Shown here: positions 27,116-35,846 of the stretch, piece by piece
Numbering within the stretch: the stretch's first letter is position 1
Layout of the letters: each line of letters starts with the position of its first letter
Assembly: GCA_003223425.1 (NCBI GenBank)
Contig: QHVA01000068.1
Coordinates: 1 to 51,284 of the forward strand
Direction of reading: 5' to 3'
DNA from: Gemmatimonadota bacterium
Lineage (GTDB): Bacteria; Gemmatimonadota; Gemmatimonadetes; Gemmatimonadales; Gemmatimonadaceae
Length of the DNA: 51,284 bases
Made by a program: the position numbers and the translations under genes
Notes under the pieces: generated by a model
The model's input: only the letters and a program-made list of their open reading frames with translations
Told to the model about the DNA's origin: nothing
Database searches by the model: none

Positions 27116-28840
27116 CTATCGCGCTGTCGCGAGCTCCGGTTGAAATGCTTCCGGCTGTCGCGTTGCGCCGAGCATCTCTTCACGTGTCTCGAGCTGCGGC
27201 ATTTCAGCGTCCCACAGTACGAGGCCGTGAATGCGCATGTCAGCACCACGCAAGCTATCAACGGCATTTTTCAGCCCGCCAACAGTGGTGTGAGCGATTC
27301 GCGCGCACAGGATCAGATCTGGAGCAGGGATGATGCTGCTGGTGCTGCGCTGAACGTAGCTCGTTGGAGCAGCGATGATGATGAAGTCGTAACGGCGTTG
27401 CATCCGAGCGAGCTCTTTCCGCACTTCCTCAACAACATTGGTCTCCGGAAGTCCGGAGCGCCTGGTGCCACTTGGCAATACGTCGAGTGGCCGGTCACGA
27501 CCGATCGTCGTCGGAACGATTGCCTCGGGCCAGGTCGCATTACCGGTAATGATTCCTGAAAGCCCCGGATCAGGTCTGATCCGGAGCACGCTCGCAACAC
27601 TGCAGGTGGTGGGATCGACATCGACCAGCAGTGTGCTCCGGGCTTCGTAGGCCGCTGATGCTGCAAGGTTCGCCGCGACAGTTGCGACAATCCCCGGATC
27701 ATCGCCAGTGATCGTGACGATCGGGACACTCGCCTCAACCGAAGCGATGTGCAGATAAAGGGTCCTGTAACTCTCTGAAACGACATCGATGAGTGGCGGT
27801 GCCTCTACATCCGCCTGACGGCGGCTTCTTTCCACGACGACTTCTGGCGGCTTAATCACGGTGAGAACCCGCGCGCCACTTACTTGCTCCGCCTCCCGCG
27901 GGTCCGCGATATGGGGGCGCTTGAGCTCCGTTCCAAACGAGGCAGCAAACCCGACTGCCAATGCGAGCACGACGGCAGCGGCGAGCATTGCCCACGGTGG
28001 TGCGCCGACGTTAGCCAGTTCGCGAGCTCGCGCCGACTCGCGATCGATACGCGCGTTCTTCTGATTTATCTGATCCACCTGCTTTACCGCAGCAGCATAA
28101 TTCTGCTGAGCAGTCGCGCGCTGAGCGAGAAGCTGTGTGGTATCCACGGTGATTACTGGCTTGACGACTGGTGCCGGAGTGGGGCGTATGAGCGCCAGTT
28201 TTCCTCTCACCTCGCCGCGTTTTGCGTCGGCAATCCCCTGTATCTGGCGGCCGATTGCAGTCGCTCTGGAAGTCAGAGACAGGTACACAGGATCTACACC
28301 GCCCACGGCACCAAACGCATTTCTCTCCCGCTCGATGTCCGCGAGTGAGTCGAGCAGAACGCGAACTCGTGGATCAGCCGCAACGGTGGGCGATGCGGCA
28401 AGAGCACGATACGAGGTGGGAAGCGGCGCATTCTCCGCTCTGTCGATCAAGCGATTGAGCGTTGCGAGCTCTGCGCTCAGCGAATCACGTTGCGCGCGAA
28501 CCGCCGGTGGGAAAGTATCGATGACGGCCGCCGGAACAGGTATCAGAGCTCGCCGCGTAGCGTTCAACACAGAGTCTGTAACGTTGAGCTCCGCGAGATA
28601 GCGATCTCTTGCCGCGACAGTGGGTCCTGAATCGGTTCGAGCCTCGATTTTCGCGGCCACTGCCAGAGCCTTTCGAGAAGCATTTCTGGGAACGAGCACG
28701 AACGCGATCAAAGCACTTATGAATACGACCCCCCCGACGATGCCAAACACCACTACCCGCCGAAGCGCGTTCCTCGCGCGCGCCGCCATCCACAGGTAGG
28801 CGGAGCCTCCGCTCATCCGCGCAATGCTATGAACGTTCAT
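27116..28840 (-). CDS. Wzc/GumC-like two-TM co-polymerase with a degenerate (pseudo) BY-kinase domain
   Basis: TM1, long coiled periplasmic segment, TM2, then SESYRTL, IVTITG...AANLA, TLLVDVD, PGLSGII, LDVLPSG, RYDFIII. Start may be a few codons downstream. Confidence 0.75.
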   Translation of the reverse strand: MNVHSIARMSGGSAYLWMAARARNALRRVVVFGIVGGVVFISALIAFVLVPRNASRKALAVAAKIEARTDSGPTVAARDRYLAELNVTDSVLNATRRALIPVPAAVIDTFPPAVRAQRDSLSAELATLNRLIDRAENAPLPTSYRALAASPTVAADPRVRVLLDSLADIERERNAFGAVGGVDPVYLSLTSRATAIGRQIQGIADAKRGEVRGKLALIRPTPAPVVKPVITVDTTQLLAQRATAQQNYAAAVKQVDQINQKNARIDRESARARELANVGAPPWAMLAAAVVLALAVGFAASFGTELKRPHIADPREAEQVSGARVLTVIKPPEVVVERSRRQADVEAPPLIDVVSESYRTLYLHIASVEASVPIVTITGDDPGIVATVAANLAASAAYEARSTLLVDVDPTTCSVASVLRIRPDPGLSGIITGNATWPEAIVPTTIGRDRPLDVLPSGTRRSGLPETNVVEEVRKELARMQRRYDFIIIAAPTSYVQRSTSSIIPAPDLILCARIAHTTVGGLKNAVDSLRGADMRIHGLVLWDAEMPQLETREEMLGATRQPEAFQPELATAR

Positions 28841-28980
28841 CCGTCAAAGATTCATTGAGTACGGCGCAGGCGCGAGGGTCCGTTATGACAGTCATGACAG
28901 CAATTCCGCCATTCGGGACCACATCACACTTGTTTTCCGGTCATCGGTCCAATTTATACCAGCAGCGTTCTATCGGACAC

Positions 28981-29014
28981 GAAAAAACGGCGGGGCAATC
29001 GCTCCGCCGTTTCC
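28981..29014 (-). terminator. Intrinsic terminator after the cupredoxin gene
   Basis: Minus strand AAACGGCGGAGC-gatt-GCCCCGCCGTTTTTT. Confidence 0.85.
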
Positions 29015-29034
29015 GTTAATCAGGGGAATCCAGC

Positions 29035-29574
29035 TTATTGAACGGTGATGACGCCTTTCATGCCCAGCGCGAGGTGCGGAGTACAGTGATATGGATACTG
29101 GCCGGGTTTGATTTTGGCGAACGAGATAGTGGCTGACTCACCGGGATTCATTTTCATGTTGCTCGACAGCTCGCTCATCTTGTCCGAGCCCATGTTGGCA
29201 TCAAGCTGCGCTTTCACATCGCCCGGGATCGTCGCGGGGTCGAACGCGACATTGTGTGGACCTCCACTCACGACGACAAACTTGATGCCGTCTCCCTGCT
29301 TGAGCGTGATATTGGCTGGATCGAAGCGATAGCCCTTGGCATCCCCAACCATGTTCACCGTTTTGGTCGCTCCCGTGATCGGAGCCATCGCGACGGCGCC
29401 TCCGGTCGTACCGGGCGTGGTGGTTGCGCTCGGGCCAGCTGCTGTCGTGGTTGTCGTCGTCGAGCTTGTATCTACTGCAACGTGCGTCGTGTCACCGGGC
29501 TTCTTCTCGCCGCCGGCGCACGCGGAGAGAGTCAATACTGCAACTGCAACCGCAAATCCGTGGAACGACATCAT
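29035..29574 (-). CDS. Plastocyanin/halocyanin-like blue copper lipoprotein
   Basis: Lipobox LSAC, Thr-rich tether, type-1 Cu ligands GPHNV and YHCTPHLALGM. Confidence 0.92.
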   Translation of the reverse strand: MMSFHGFAVAVAVLTLSACAGGEKKPGDTTHVAVDTSSTTTTTTAAGPSATTTPGTTGGAVAMAPITGATKTVNMVGDAKGYRFDPANITLKQGDGIKFVVVSGGPHNVAFDPATIPGDVKAQLDANMGSDKMSELSSNMKMNPGESATISFAKIKPGQYPYHCTPHLALGMKGVITVQ

Positions 29575-29637
29575 TAGAGGCCTCCAGAGCCGTACAGGTA
29601 GTGCACTTACCGAGGGTGGTTTTGTTTACTACCTACT

Positions 29638-29655
29638 TTGTGAATTTATTCACAA
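29638..29655. promoter_or_regulatory. Rex operator (ROP)
   Basis: TTGTGAA-ttta-TTCACAA is an exact match to the Rex consensus TTGTGAA-N4-TTCACAA, between the divergent cupredoxin and hisA-like genes. Confidence 0.8.
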
Positions 29656-29726
29656 GCTCGCCGGGACACAACCAATGCGACACTTTCGCCTCTCATGATT
29701 CGTGCCCCCATCCTACAGAGCGTCGG

Positions 29727-30440
29727 ATGATCGCAATTCCAGCACTAGATCTGCGCGGTGGCGCCTGCGTTCAGCTCGCGGCCGGTTCTTACGATCAGGA
29801 GGTTATTCGAATCCCCGATCCGGTTGGAGTCGCGCTCGCGTGGAGACAATACGGATTTCGTCATCTTCACGTGGTTGATCTGGACGCGGTAGCGGGACAT
29901 GGCAACAACGCGACCGAGATTCAGACCATACTGGGAGCAACGGACGTAGAAGTGCAAGTCGGGGGCGGAATCCGAAGCAGAGAGTTGATCGAGCGCGCGC
30001 TCAATGATGGTGCACAGCGCGTCATCATTGGCACCCGCGCACTCGAAGATCCCGACTGGCTGGTAGAGATGAGCAGCCTTTTTCCGGGATTCATTGTCGT
30101 CGCCGCTGACGTTCGTGATCGCAAGATCTTATCTCACGGATGGACCCGAACGCACCCAAAGCTCGTGCTCGATCTTGTCCAGGATCTCAACGGGCTCCCC
30201 CTCGCTGGCGTACTCGTGACCGCCGTTCACCGGGAAGAGGCAATGCGCGGCACTGATTTACCGCTCATGGAGGATGTCGCCGATACCGCGGAGTTTCCGG
30301 TGTTTGCCTCGGGCGGACTCGGCAGCCTCAACGATCTCCGCGCTCTTGCAGACCGCGGTGTTGCGGCGGCCGTCATTGGGATGGCGCTCTACACCGGAGC
30401 GATGGATCCGTGGATCGTTGCCGAGGAGTTCGCTGAGTAG
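29727..30440 (+). CDS. hisA: HisA/PriA-family (beta/alpha)8 isomerase
   Basis: MIAIPALDLRGGACVQL, LHVVDLDA, QVGGGIRS, IIGT, VAADV, FASGG, IGMALY. Start moved to ATG 29727. Confidence 0.85.
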   Translation: MIAIPALDLRGGACVQLAAGSYDQEVIRIPDPVGVALAWRQYGFRHLHVVDLDAVAGHGNNATEIQTILGATDVEVQVGGGIRSRELIERALNDGAQRVIIGTRALEDPDWLVEMSSLFPGFIVVAADVRDRKILSHGWTRTHPKLVLDLVQDLNGLPLAGVLVTAVHREEAMRGTDLPLMEDVADTAEFPVFASGGLGSLNDLRALADRGVAAAVIGMALYTGAMDPWIVAEEFAE

Positions 30441-30477
30441 CCGCGCCGCTGATCGCTCTGCAATTCCTGCTCGATGG

Positions 30478-31740
30478 TCAGAACAAACTGATTGTGCGTG
30501 GATCCAGCTTCGATGGATCCCCGACGTACGCGAAGCGAAATCCTTTCATATATTTTCTCGCCACGCGCTGAACAGCTTCAGGGGTTACGCTCTTCAACTC
30601 GTCGACGAAGCGATCAGCTTCGCGGTAGTCACCCTCATAGAGTTGCGATCGCGCCAGAAAGTCTGCCTGGGCAGCGTTGGTCTCATTATCGAGGAAATAC
30701 TCGGTGATGAATTGCTCCTCGAGCTGCCTGAGTCCAGCCGGATCGAGCATCCCCTGTTGGAGATCCATTATTGCCGCGCGCATCAGCTTCAAGGTGGTGT
30801 CCGGCGCAACCGTCGAGACGTACAACCCGCCAGCTGTCGCCGCCCGATCGACAAAAGGTGCGTGCACATCATACGTGAGGTTTTGACGAGTTCTAATCTC
30901 CGCGAACATGCGGCCGGTCAGAACCGATGTGGCGACCCTGAGCGCCTGGTAGTCCGGCCCGCTGGCGAGTGGACCGCTGTAGTAGCCGAGTATGTAGTTG
31001 GTGGGCAGCTGCCGCCGCTCGATGACAATGGCTGTGTGCCCCTCAGGTACGCGCGGAGGCTCAGTCCATTTGTAGCTTCCCCGCGGTAGCTGACCGATTG
31101 ATTGAGTCACCAGTCGCTCAATGTGCGCTCGGTCGATGTTTCCGACTACGACCAGCAACACTCTCGAAGTCACGAACTGAATACGCTCATACTCGCGTAG
31201 TGCGGCAGAGTCGAGCGCTTGGATCGACTTCTCGTTGCCGACGACCGATACTGAGTAGGGATGGCCAACAAATGCGATGCTGTCGGCGAGGTAGTCAGCA
31301 AGCGCATCTGGATCATCCCTTCGCTGTCTGATTCCCGACAGATACTGAGCCTTCACCAGATTGACTTCTGATTTGGCCAAAGTCGGACGCATTACCCGAT
31401 CAGCGAAGATCGACCAGGTCGAGTCGAACACCTCTGTGCTCGATCGAATCCCGAACATCGTCCAGTCCGCGTTCGGAGCAATCACGATCTCACTACCCAG
31501 CCGTGACATCGCGCGGCGGAGCGAGTTCTTGGGGTAGTGTAAGGTTCCGCGCTCGGAAACCTCGAGCAGAATAGGCTCGATTCCCGCGTTTGCCTCGGAT
31601 ACTTGCCGTGCCCCACCGAGAAAATAGAGATTCGCCGCTACGACGTTGTTGGCGTTGTTCTGCCGCAGAATGACGTGTATGCCCGAGACGTCGAAGCTGG
31701 TCGTCGCACTGGCCAGAGCTAGCGCAATTGAAAGAAGCAT
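30478..31740 (-). CDS. M16 (pitrilysin) family protein, non-catalytic subunit
   Basis: M16 fold (GRMFAEIRTRQNLTYDV, VTPEAVQRVARKY) without HXXEH. Coupled to the next gene. Confidence 0.88.
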   Translation of the reverse strand: MLLSIALALASATTSFDVSGIHVILRQNNANNVVAANLYFLGGARQVSEANAGIEPILLEVSERGTLHYPKNSLRRAMSRLGSEIVIAPNADWTMFGIRSSTEVFDSTWSIFADRVMRPTLAKSEVNLVKAQYLSGIRQRRDDPDALADYLADSIAFVGHPYSVSVVGNEKSIQALDSAALREYERIQFVTSRVLLVVVGNIDRAHIERLVTQSIGQLPRGSYKWTEPPRVPEGHTAIVIERRQLPTNYILGYYSGPLASGPDYQALRVATSVLTGRMFAEIRTRQNLTYDVHAPFVDRAATAGGLYVSTVAPDTTLKLMRAAIMDLQQGMLDPAGLRQLEEQFITEYFLDNETNAAQADFLARSQLYEGDYREADRFVDELKSVTPEAVQRVARKYMKGFRFAYVGDPSKLDPRTISLF

Positions 31741-33140
31741 CAGCGTGTCCCTGTCATGACGAGATCGTTGGGCGCAAGCTTCAGCGCTTGGCGTGCCTCA
31801 GGCGCAATCAGAACCCCTGAAATGTGCGGCTTGCCAACGATATAGCGCCGCGCATAAGCGCGCAGGTCCGCGATTGTCTGGTGTGCCATGTAGTCGACGT
31901 ACCCCATGTAGTATTCGAGACTGGCGACGCTCCACCAGAATCCCAACGTGTGCGCGAAGCCCGAGGCGCGCTCTCGATCGAACGCTGAAGTCACGGCGCG
32001 GTGTGCCTTGACTGCTTCCAGCTCATCGGACGTGAAGTAGCCAGGTGAATCGAACTTCGCGATCTCGCCATAGAGCGCTGTTAACGCTTCCCGCAGCTGT
32101 TCCGGCGATGTCTGCCCACTGATGGTAATCGGTCCGGTGTGATTGAGCGTGTAATAGTTGACACCGACGCCCTGCCACAGTCCGCTGTCTACCAGCCGTT
32201 GCTGGAACTGCGATTGCGGGTCGTTCAGGACATCCGAAAATACATCGGCGGCATACGTGGACTTTGGATCCTGTCCAACGCTCGGACCTTGCCATTGAAT
32301 CTGAACAGTCACAGCTCCTACCGGGGCTTCGACGACTACTCCTTCACTTTTCTGAAGGGGCGGAATGGGCGGTATCGGATCAGTAGCAAACGGATCAGTG
32401 CCGCGACTCCAACGCCCGAGCTCACTCTCGACGAGGCCGAATACCGTGGCCGGGTTTACATCGCCAGCAACAATCATGACCGAGTTGTTCGGCACGTAGT
32501 ACTTCTGCTGAATGGTCCGCATCTTTTCTGGCGTCGTCGTCAGAACGATCTGCCGGTCACCGATTACATCCTTTCTGCTGAAGTTCCCGGGATAGAGCTT
32601 CGCGTCCATCTGCCTTGAGAGCGCGAAAAACGGGCTTGATTCATTTCTGTCGTATTCCCCGATCACGACCTGGCGTTCGCGCTCGAGCTCGTCACGCCGG
32701 AATAGCGGCTCGCGGAGCGCGGTAGCGAGCAGCTGTACCGCATCCGCCAGCTTTTCCGCCGGAACTGTCATGTAGTAGTTGACCCTCTCTTCCTGGGTCG
32801 TGCCATTGAACACCGCTCCGAGATCCGAGGCTTTGTCCCAGAACTGGTTGGGCTCCGGATATTTCGAGTTCGCGCGGAAGAACATGTGCTCATACATGTG
32901 AGCGAGTCCTTCGTATTCAGGGCTCTGTGTAAACGATCCGTTCTTTACGTCGATCTCGATCGTCGCTAAGGGAACGCCGTGGTTCTCGACGACAATCACC
33001 TCGAGGCCATTAGCCAGGACCTTGCGTTGAATGATTTTTTCGAGCTCCGCTCGCTGGCCTCGTGCCTGCATCGGAGCAAGCGCGAACACGAAGAATACAA
33101 GAGTAGCGCAGTAACGAAGGACACCCTTTCTTTCGAACAT
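31740..33140 (-). CDS. M16 (pitrilysin) zinc peptidase, catalytic subunit
   Basis: LANGLEVIV, GLAHMYEHMFF (HXXEH), ERERQVVIGE, YYVPNNS, signal peptide. Confidence 0.92.
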   Translation of the reverse strand: MFERKGVLRYCATLVFFVFALAPMQARGQRAELEKIIQRKVLANGLEVIVVENHGVPLATIEIDVKNGSFTQSPEYEGLAHMYEHMFFRANSKYPEPNQFWDKASDLGAVFNGTTQEERVNYYMTVPAEKLADAVQLLATALREPLFRRDELERERQVVIGEYDRNESSPFFALSRQMDAKLYPGNFSRKDVIGDRQIVLTTTPEKMRTIQQKYYVPNNSVMIVAGDVNPATVFGLVESELGRWSRGTDPFATDPIPPIPPLQKSEGVVVEAPVGAVTVQIQWQGPSVGQDPKSTYAADVFSDVLNDPQSQFQQRLVDSGLWQGVGVNYYTLNHTGPITISGQTSPEQLREALTALYGEIAKFDSPGYFTSDELEAVKAHRAVTSAFDRERASGFAHTLGFWWSVASLEYYMGYVDYMAHQTIADLRAYARRYIVGKPHISGVLIAPEARQALKLAPNDLVMTGTR

Positions 33141-34095
33141 GTCAGATTCTGTGAAGGCCCGCGCAGACCACTACGAGCAATTAGTAAATCGATTAGACGC
33201 CAAGAGGCTCAAGCGCAATGAGCCTCTTGCTCCATACACCACATTCAAGATCGGTGGTCCCGCCGATCTCTTTTACAATGCAACATCGGCCGATGATCTG
33301 GCAGGGGCAGTTACTGCCGCCCGCGATCTCGGAATGGAGTATTTCGTCCTCGGACTGGGCGCGAACATTCTGGTCGGCGACAAGGGCTTCCGCGGCCTGG
33401 TCATCCGCAACACTTCGAGCCATCTCAAGTTCCTGGATGACGGAAAGCTCTGGGTAGAGAGCGGTGCGGTAATGGCCAGGCTCATACCTCAAGCTGTAGA
33501 GCGCGGTTTGTCGGGGCTGGAGCATTACGTCGGAATCCCAAGCACGGTTGGCGGCGCTGTCTGGCAAAACCTCCATTTCTTGTCGCCGGCTCCTGCGAGG
33601 GAGAGAACAATGTTCATCGCCGAAGTCTTCGAATCGGCTGACCTGCTCACACACGACGGGGAGCTGAGAACAGTCGACCGGGAATACATGCAATTCGGCT
33701 ACGACACGAGCACGCTCCACAAACAGCGGGACATTGCTTTGGCTGTGACTTTCCAGCTGGAGCACGGAGACACAGCGGTGATGCATCGCATCTTGCAGGA
33801 AAATCTGAGCTGGCGAGGCGGTAAGCATCCCTGGCTTGAATATCACCCCAGTGCCGGCTCAATCTTCAAAAAGATCGAAGGGGTCGGCGCCGGTCGCCTG
33901 ATCGACCAGGTCGGACTAAAGGGTTTCCGACACGGAGATGCCCAGATCTCACACATTCATGCCAACATCATGGTCAATCTCGGCAAGGCGACGGCGAAGG
34001 ATGTCCGCGAGCTCATCACGATCGCGCAGAACAAAGTACACGAGCGATTTGGTCAGCACCTCGAGCCGGAGATTGGTTTTGTTGGCGAATTCTGA
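33139..34095 (+). CDS. murB: UDP-N-acetylenolpyruvoylglucosamine reductase
   Basis: YTTFKIGGPAD, LGLGANIL, GIPSTVGGA, SAGSIFK, HANIMVN, LEPEI. Confidence 0.94.
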   Translation: MSDSVKARADHYEQLVNRLDAKRLKRNEPLAPYTTFKIGGPADLFYNATSADDLAGAVTAARDLGMEYFVLGLGANILVGDKGFRGLVIRNTSSHLKFLDDGKLWVESGAVMARLIPQAVERGLSGLEHYVGIPSTVGGAVWQNLHFLSPAPARERTMFIAEVFESADLLTHDGELRTVDREYMQFGYDTSTLHKQRDIALAVTFQLEHGDTAVMHRILQENLSWRGGKHPWLEYHPSAGSIFKKIEGVGAGRLIDQVGLKGFRHGDAQISHIHANIMVNLGKATAKDVRELITIAQNKVHERFGQHLEPEIGFVGEF

Positions 34096-34107
34096 TGTAA
34101 TCAAGCG

Positions 34108-35205
34108 TCAGGAATGCAATACGCTCGAGCACGCGGCGAGACAGCGCTCGAGCGATTCCAGGGTGTGGTCACCCATGTGTCCAATGCGAAAGGTCGAGCT
34201 CTTAAGCTTGCCGTAACCATTCCCTAGGACAATTCCACGCTTCGCGACGGCAGCAGTGAAGCGCTCGGCCTGAAGATCCGTCGGAAGTCTAATGGCAGAA
34301 ACCGTTGGCGACTGGGATCCCAGCGGAGCAATGTTGTTTAGCTTCTTTCCGGTTTCGTCACTGATCTTTATCAGCCACTCCTGGGTACGCGCAGCCATTC
34401 CTTTGTGCCGTGCCCATCGTGCCTCGAGTCCCTCCGCCGCAATCGATTTCAGCTGCGCTTCGAGCGCGTAAAACAGACTGAGGGCGGGTGTACTCGGCGT
34501 CTGATTGCGGCGCGCGTATGCGTCGAGCTCGACGAGGTCGAAATAGACACCCCGTCCCTGAGTGGCGTTGGCCCGGTCGATAAAGCTCGTCGATGCAACC
34601 CCGAAAGAAAGTCCAGGTGGAAGTGCCAAAGCTTTCTGCGAGCCAGTCAGCACATAATCGAGATTCCATTCGTCGAAGCGAAGCTCTGCTCCGCCAAGTC
34701 CGCTCACGCTGTCGATCAGACATACCAGACCATGACGGTGCGCGCAGTCCGAGACGGCATGTACATCGTTGAGTGCGCCGGTCGATGTTTCGGAATGAAC
34801 CACCGTCACCGCACTGTACTTCCGCATTGCCAGGCGCTCTTCCAGCTGCGGGATCGCGTGCACTTGCCCCCATGCGACATCGTACCGGTCGACGTCGCGA
34901 CCACACATCGACGCGATGTGAGCAAACCGCTCTGAGAATGCCCCATTCACCAGGCAAAGAATGCGGCCGGAAGGAGCACAGCGTATCGCGGCTTCCATCA
35001 TTCCCGTCGCCGATGAAGAGCTGATGTAGACCGGCCGTTCCGTCTTGAAGAGCGGGCGAAGGCCTTCCTGGAGCCGCTCGAACAGTGCTTCGAACTCCGG
35101 TCCGCGATGCGGAATCATCGGCTGAAGCATAGCCGTCAGGATTTCCTCGCGAACTTCGGTAGGACCAGGTAGGAAAAAAGTGCCAAAGGTTTTTGTGGCG
35201 CTCAT
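34108..35205 (-). CDS. Class V PLP aminotransferase (AGT/SPT-type), candidate phosphoserine aminotransferase
   Basis: FLPGPT, HRGPEF, SATGMMEAA, HSETSTG, IDSVS, TGSQKALALPPG, FRIGHMG. Last gene of the serA operon. Confidence 0.88.
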   Translation of the reverse strand: MSATKTFGTFFLPGPTEVREEILTAMLQPMIPHRGPEFEALFERLQEGLRPLFKTERPVYISSSSATGMMEAAIRCAPSGRILCLVNGAFSERFAHIASMCGRDVDRYDVAWGQVHAIPQLEERLAMRKYSAVTVVHSETSTGALNDVHAVSDCAHRHGLVCLIDSVSGLGGAELRFDEWNLDYVLTGSQKALALPPGLSFGVASTSFIDRANATQGRGVYFDLVELDAYARRNQTPSTPALSLFYALEAQLKSIAAEGLEARWARHKGMAARTQEWLIKISDETGKKLNNIAPLGSQSPTVSAIRLPTDLQAERFTAAVAKRGIVLGNGYGKLKSSTFRIGHMGDHTLESLERCLAACSSVLHS

Positions 35206-35846
35206 TTTAGTACGAGCTCTGTAAGCTGATCGAAATTCTCAATCACGAAATCGGCACACTCGATGACACGTGCACGGCGGGTAAAGCCGGTGAAGGCGGC
35301 GAAGCTCTCGACGACCGGCTTGATCTCGCAATCCGTCATTCCATCACCGACTGCCAGTATCGGACCCTGCAGACCCATTTCGAGAACCGTGATTCGCTTT
35401 CCGTTCTGCTGGGTGAGGAGAGATCGCTCGTCGAAGCCAACATACTTGCCCTCTTCATCGAAGAACACGGATACGGCGTAGACACTGCGCTCATCGACAC
35501 CCAGCTCTCGCGCGAGAGGAAGTATTGCCTCGCGCAGTCCTCCACTGACCATCGCCAGCTCGATGCCGCGTGTCCGAAGCTCGGCAAGTGCTTCACGAGC
35601 TCGTGGCGCGATACGTTCGACGTATTCACGACCCAGCTGCTCGATTTCCGCCTTGTTCGGCCTCACCTTCTGCATCCTCTGACCGTATACCGCCTCGATC
35701 GGCATCTCTCCCTGCATCGCCTTCTCGGTCAGTGTCGCGCTCCAGGCTCGGGTTTCGGGACCACGTAGTGCTGCGAGCCAGTCAATTCCTTCGATCCCGC
35801 TCAGCGTGGAATCAACGTCGAAGACAATGGACTTGAACCGACTCAC
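35202..35846 (-). CDS. serB: HAD-IB phosphoserine phosphatase
   Basis: FDVDSTL (DxDST), VSGG, VGDGMTD. GTG 35846 overlaps the upstream stop (GTGA). Confidence 0.85.
   Translation of the reverse strand: MSRFKSIVFDVDSTLSGIEGIDWLAALRGPETRAWSATLTEKAMQGEMPIEAVYGQRMQKVRPNKAEIEQLGREYVERIAPRAREALAELRTRGIELAMVSGGLREAILPLARELGVDERSVYAVSVFFDEEGKYVGFDERSLLTQQNGKRITVLEMGLQGPILAVGDGMTDCEIKPVVESFAAFTGFTRRARVIECADFVIENFDQLTELVLK

Noticed and set aside
26786-27559. 257-aa plus-strand ORF, and similar long ORFs at 30274-31089 and 22367-23005
   Set aside because: They overlap well-supported genes on the other strand or in another frame; expected in GC-rich DNA.
28914-28929. Possible CRP site (minus-strand TGTGA-N6-CCCGA)
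   Set aside because: The second half-site matches TCACA too poorly.
29646-29654. Perfect DnaA box TTATTCACA
   Set aside because: It lies inside an exact 18-bp Rex palindrome, which explains it better; no other boxes nearby.
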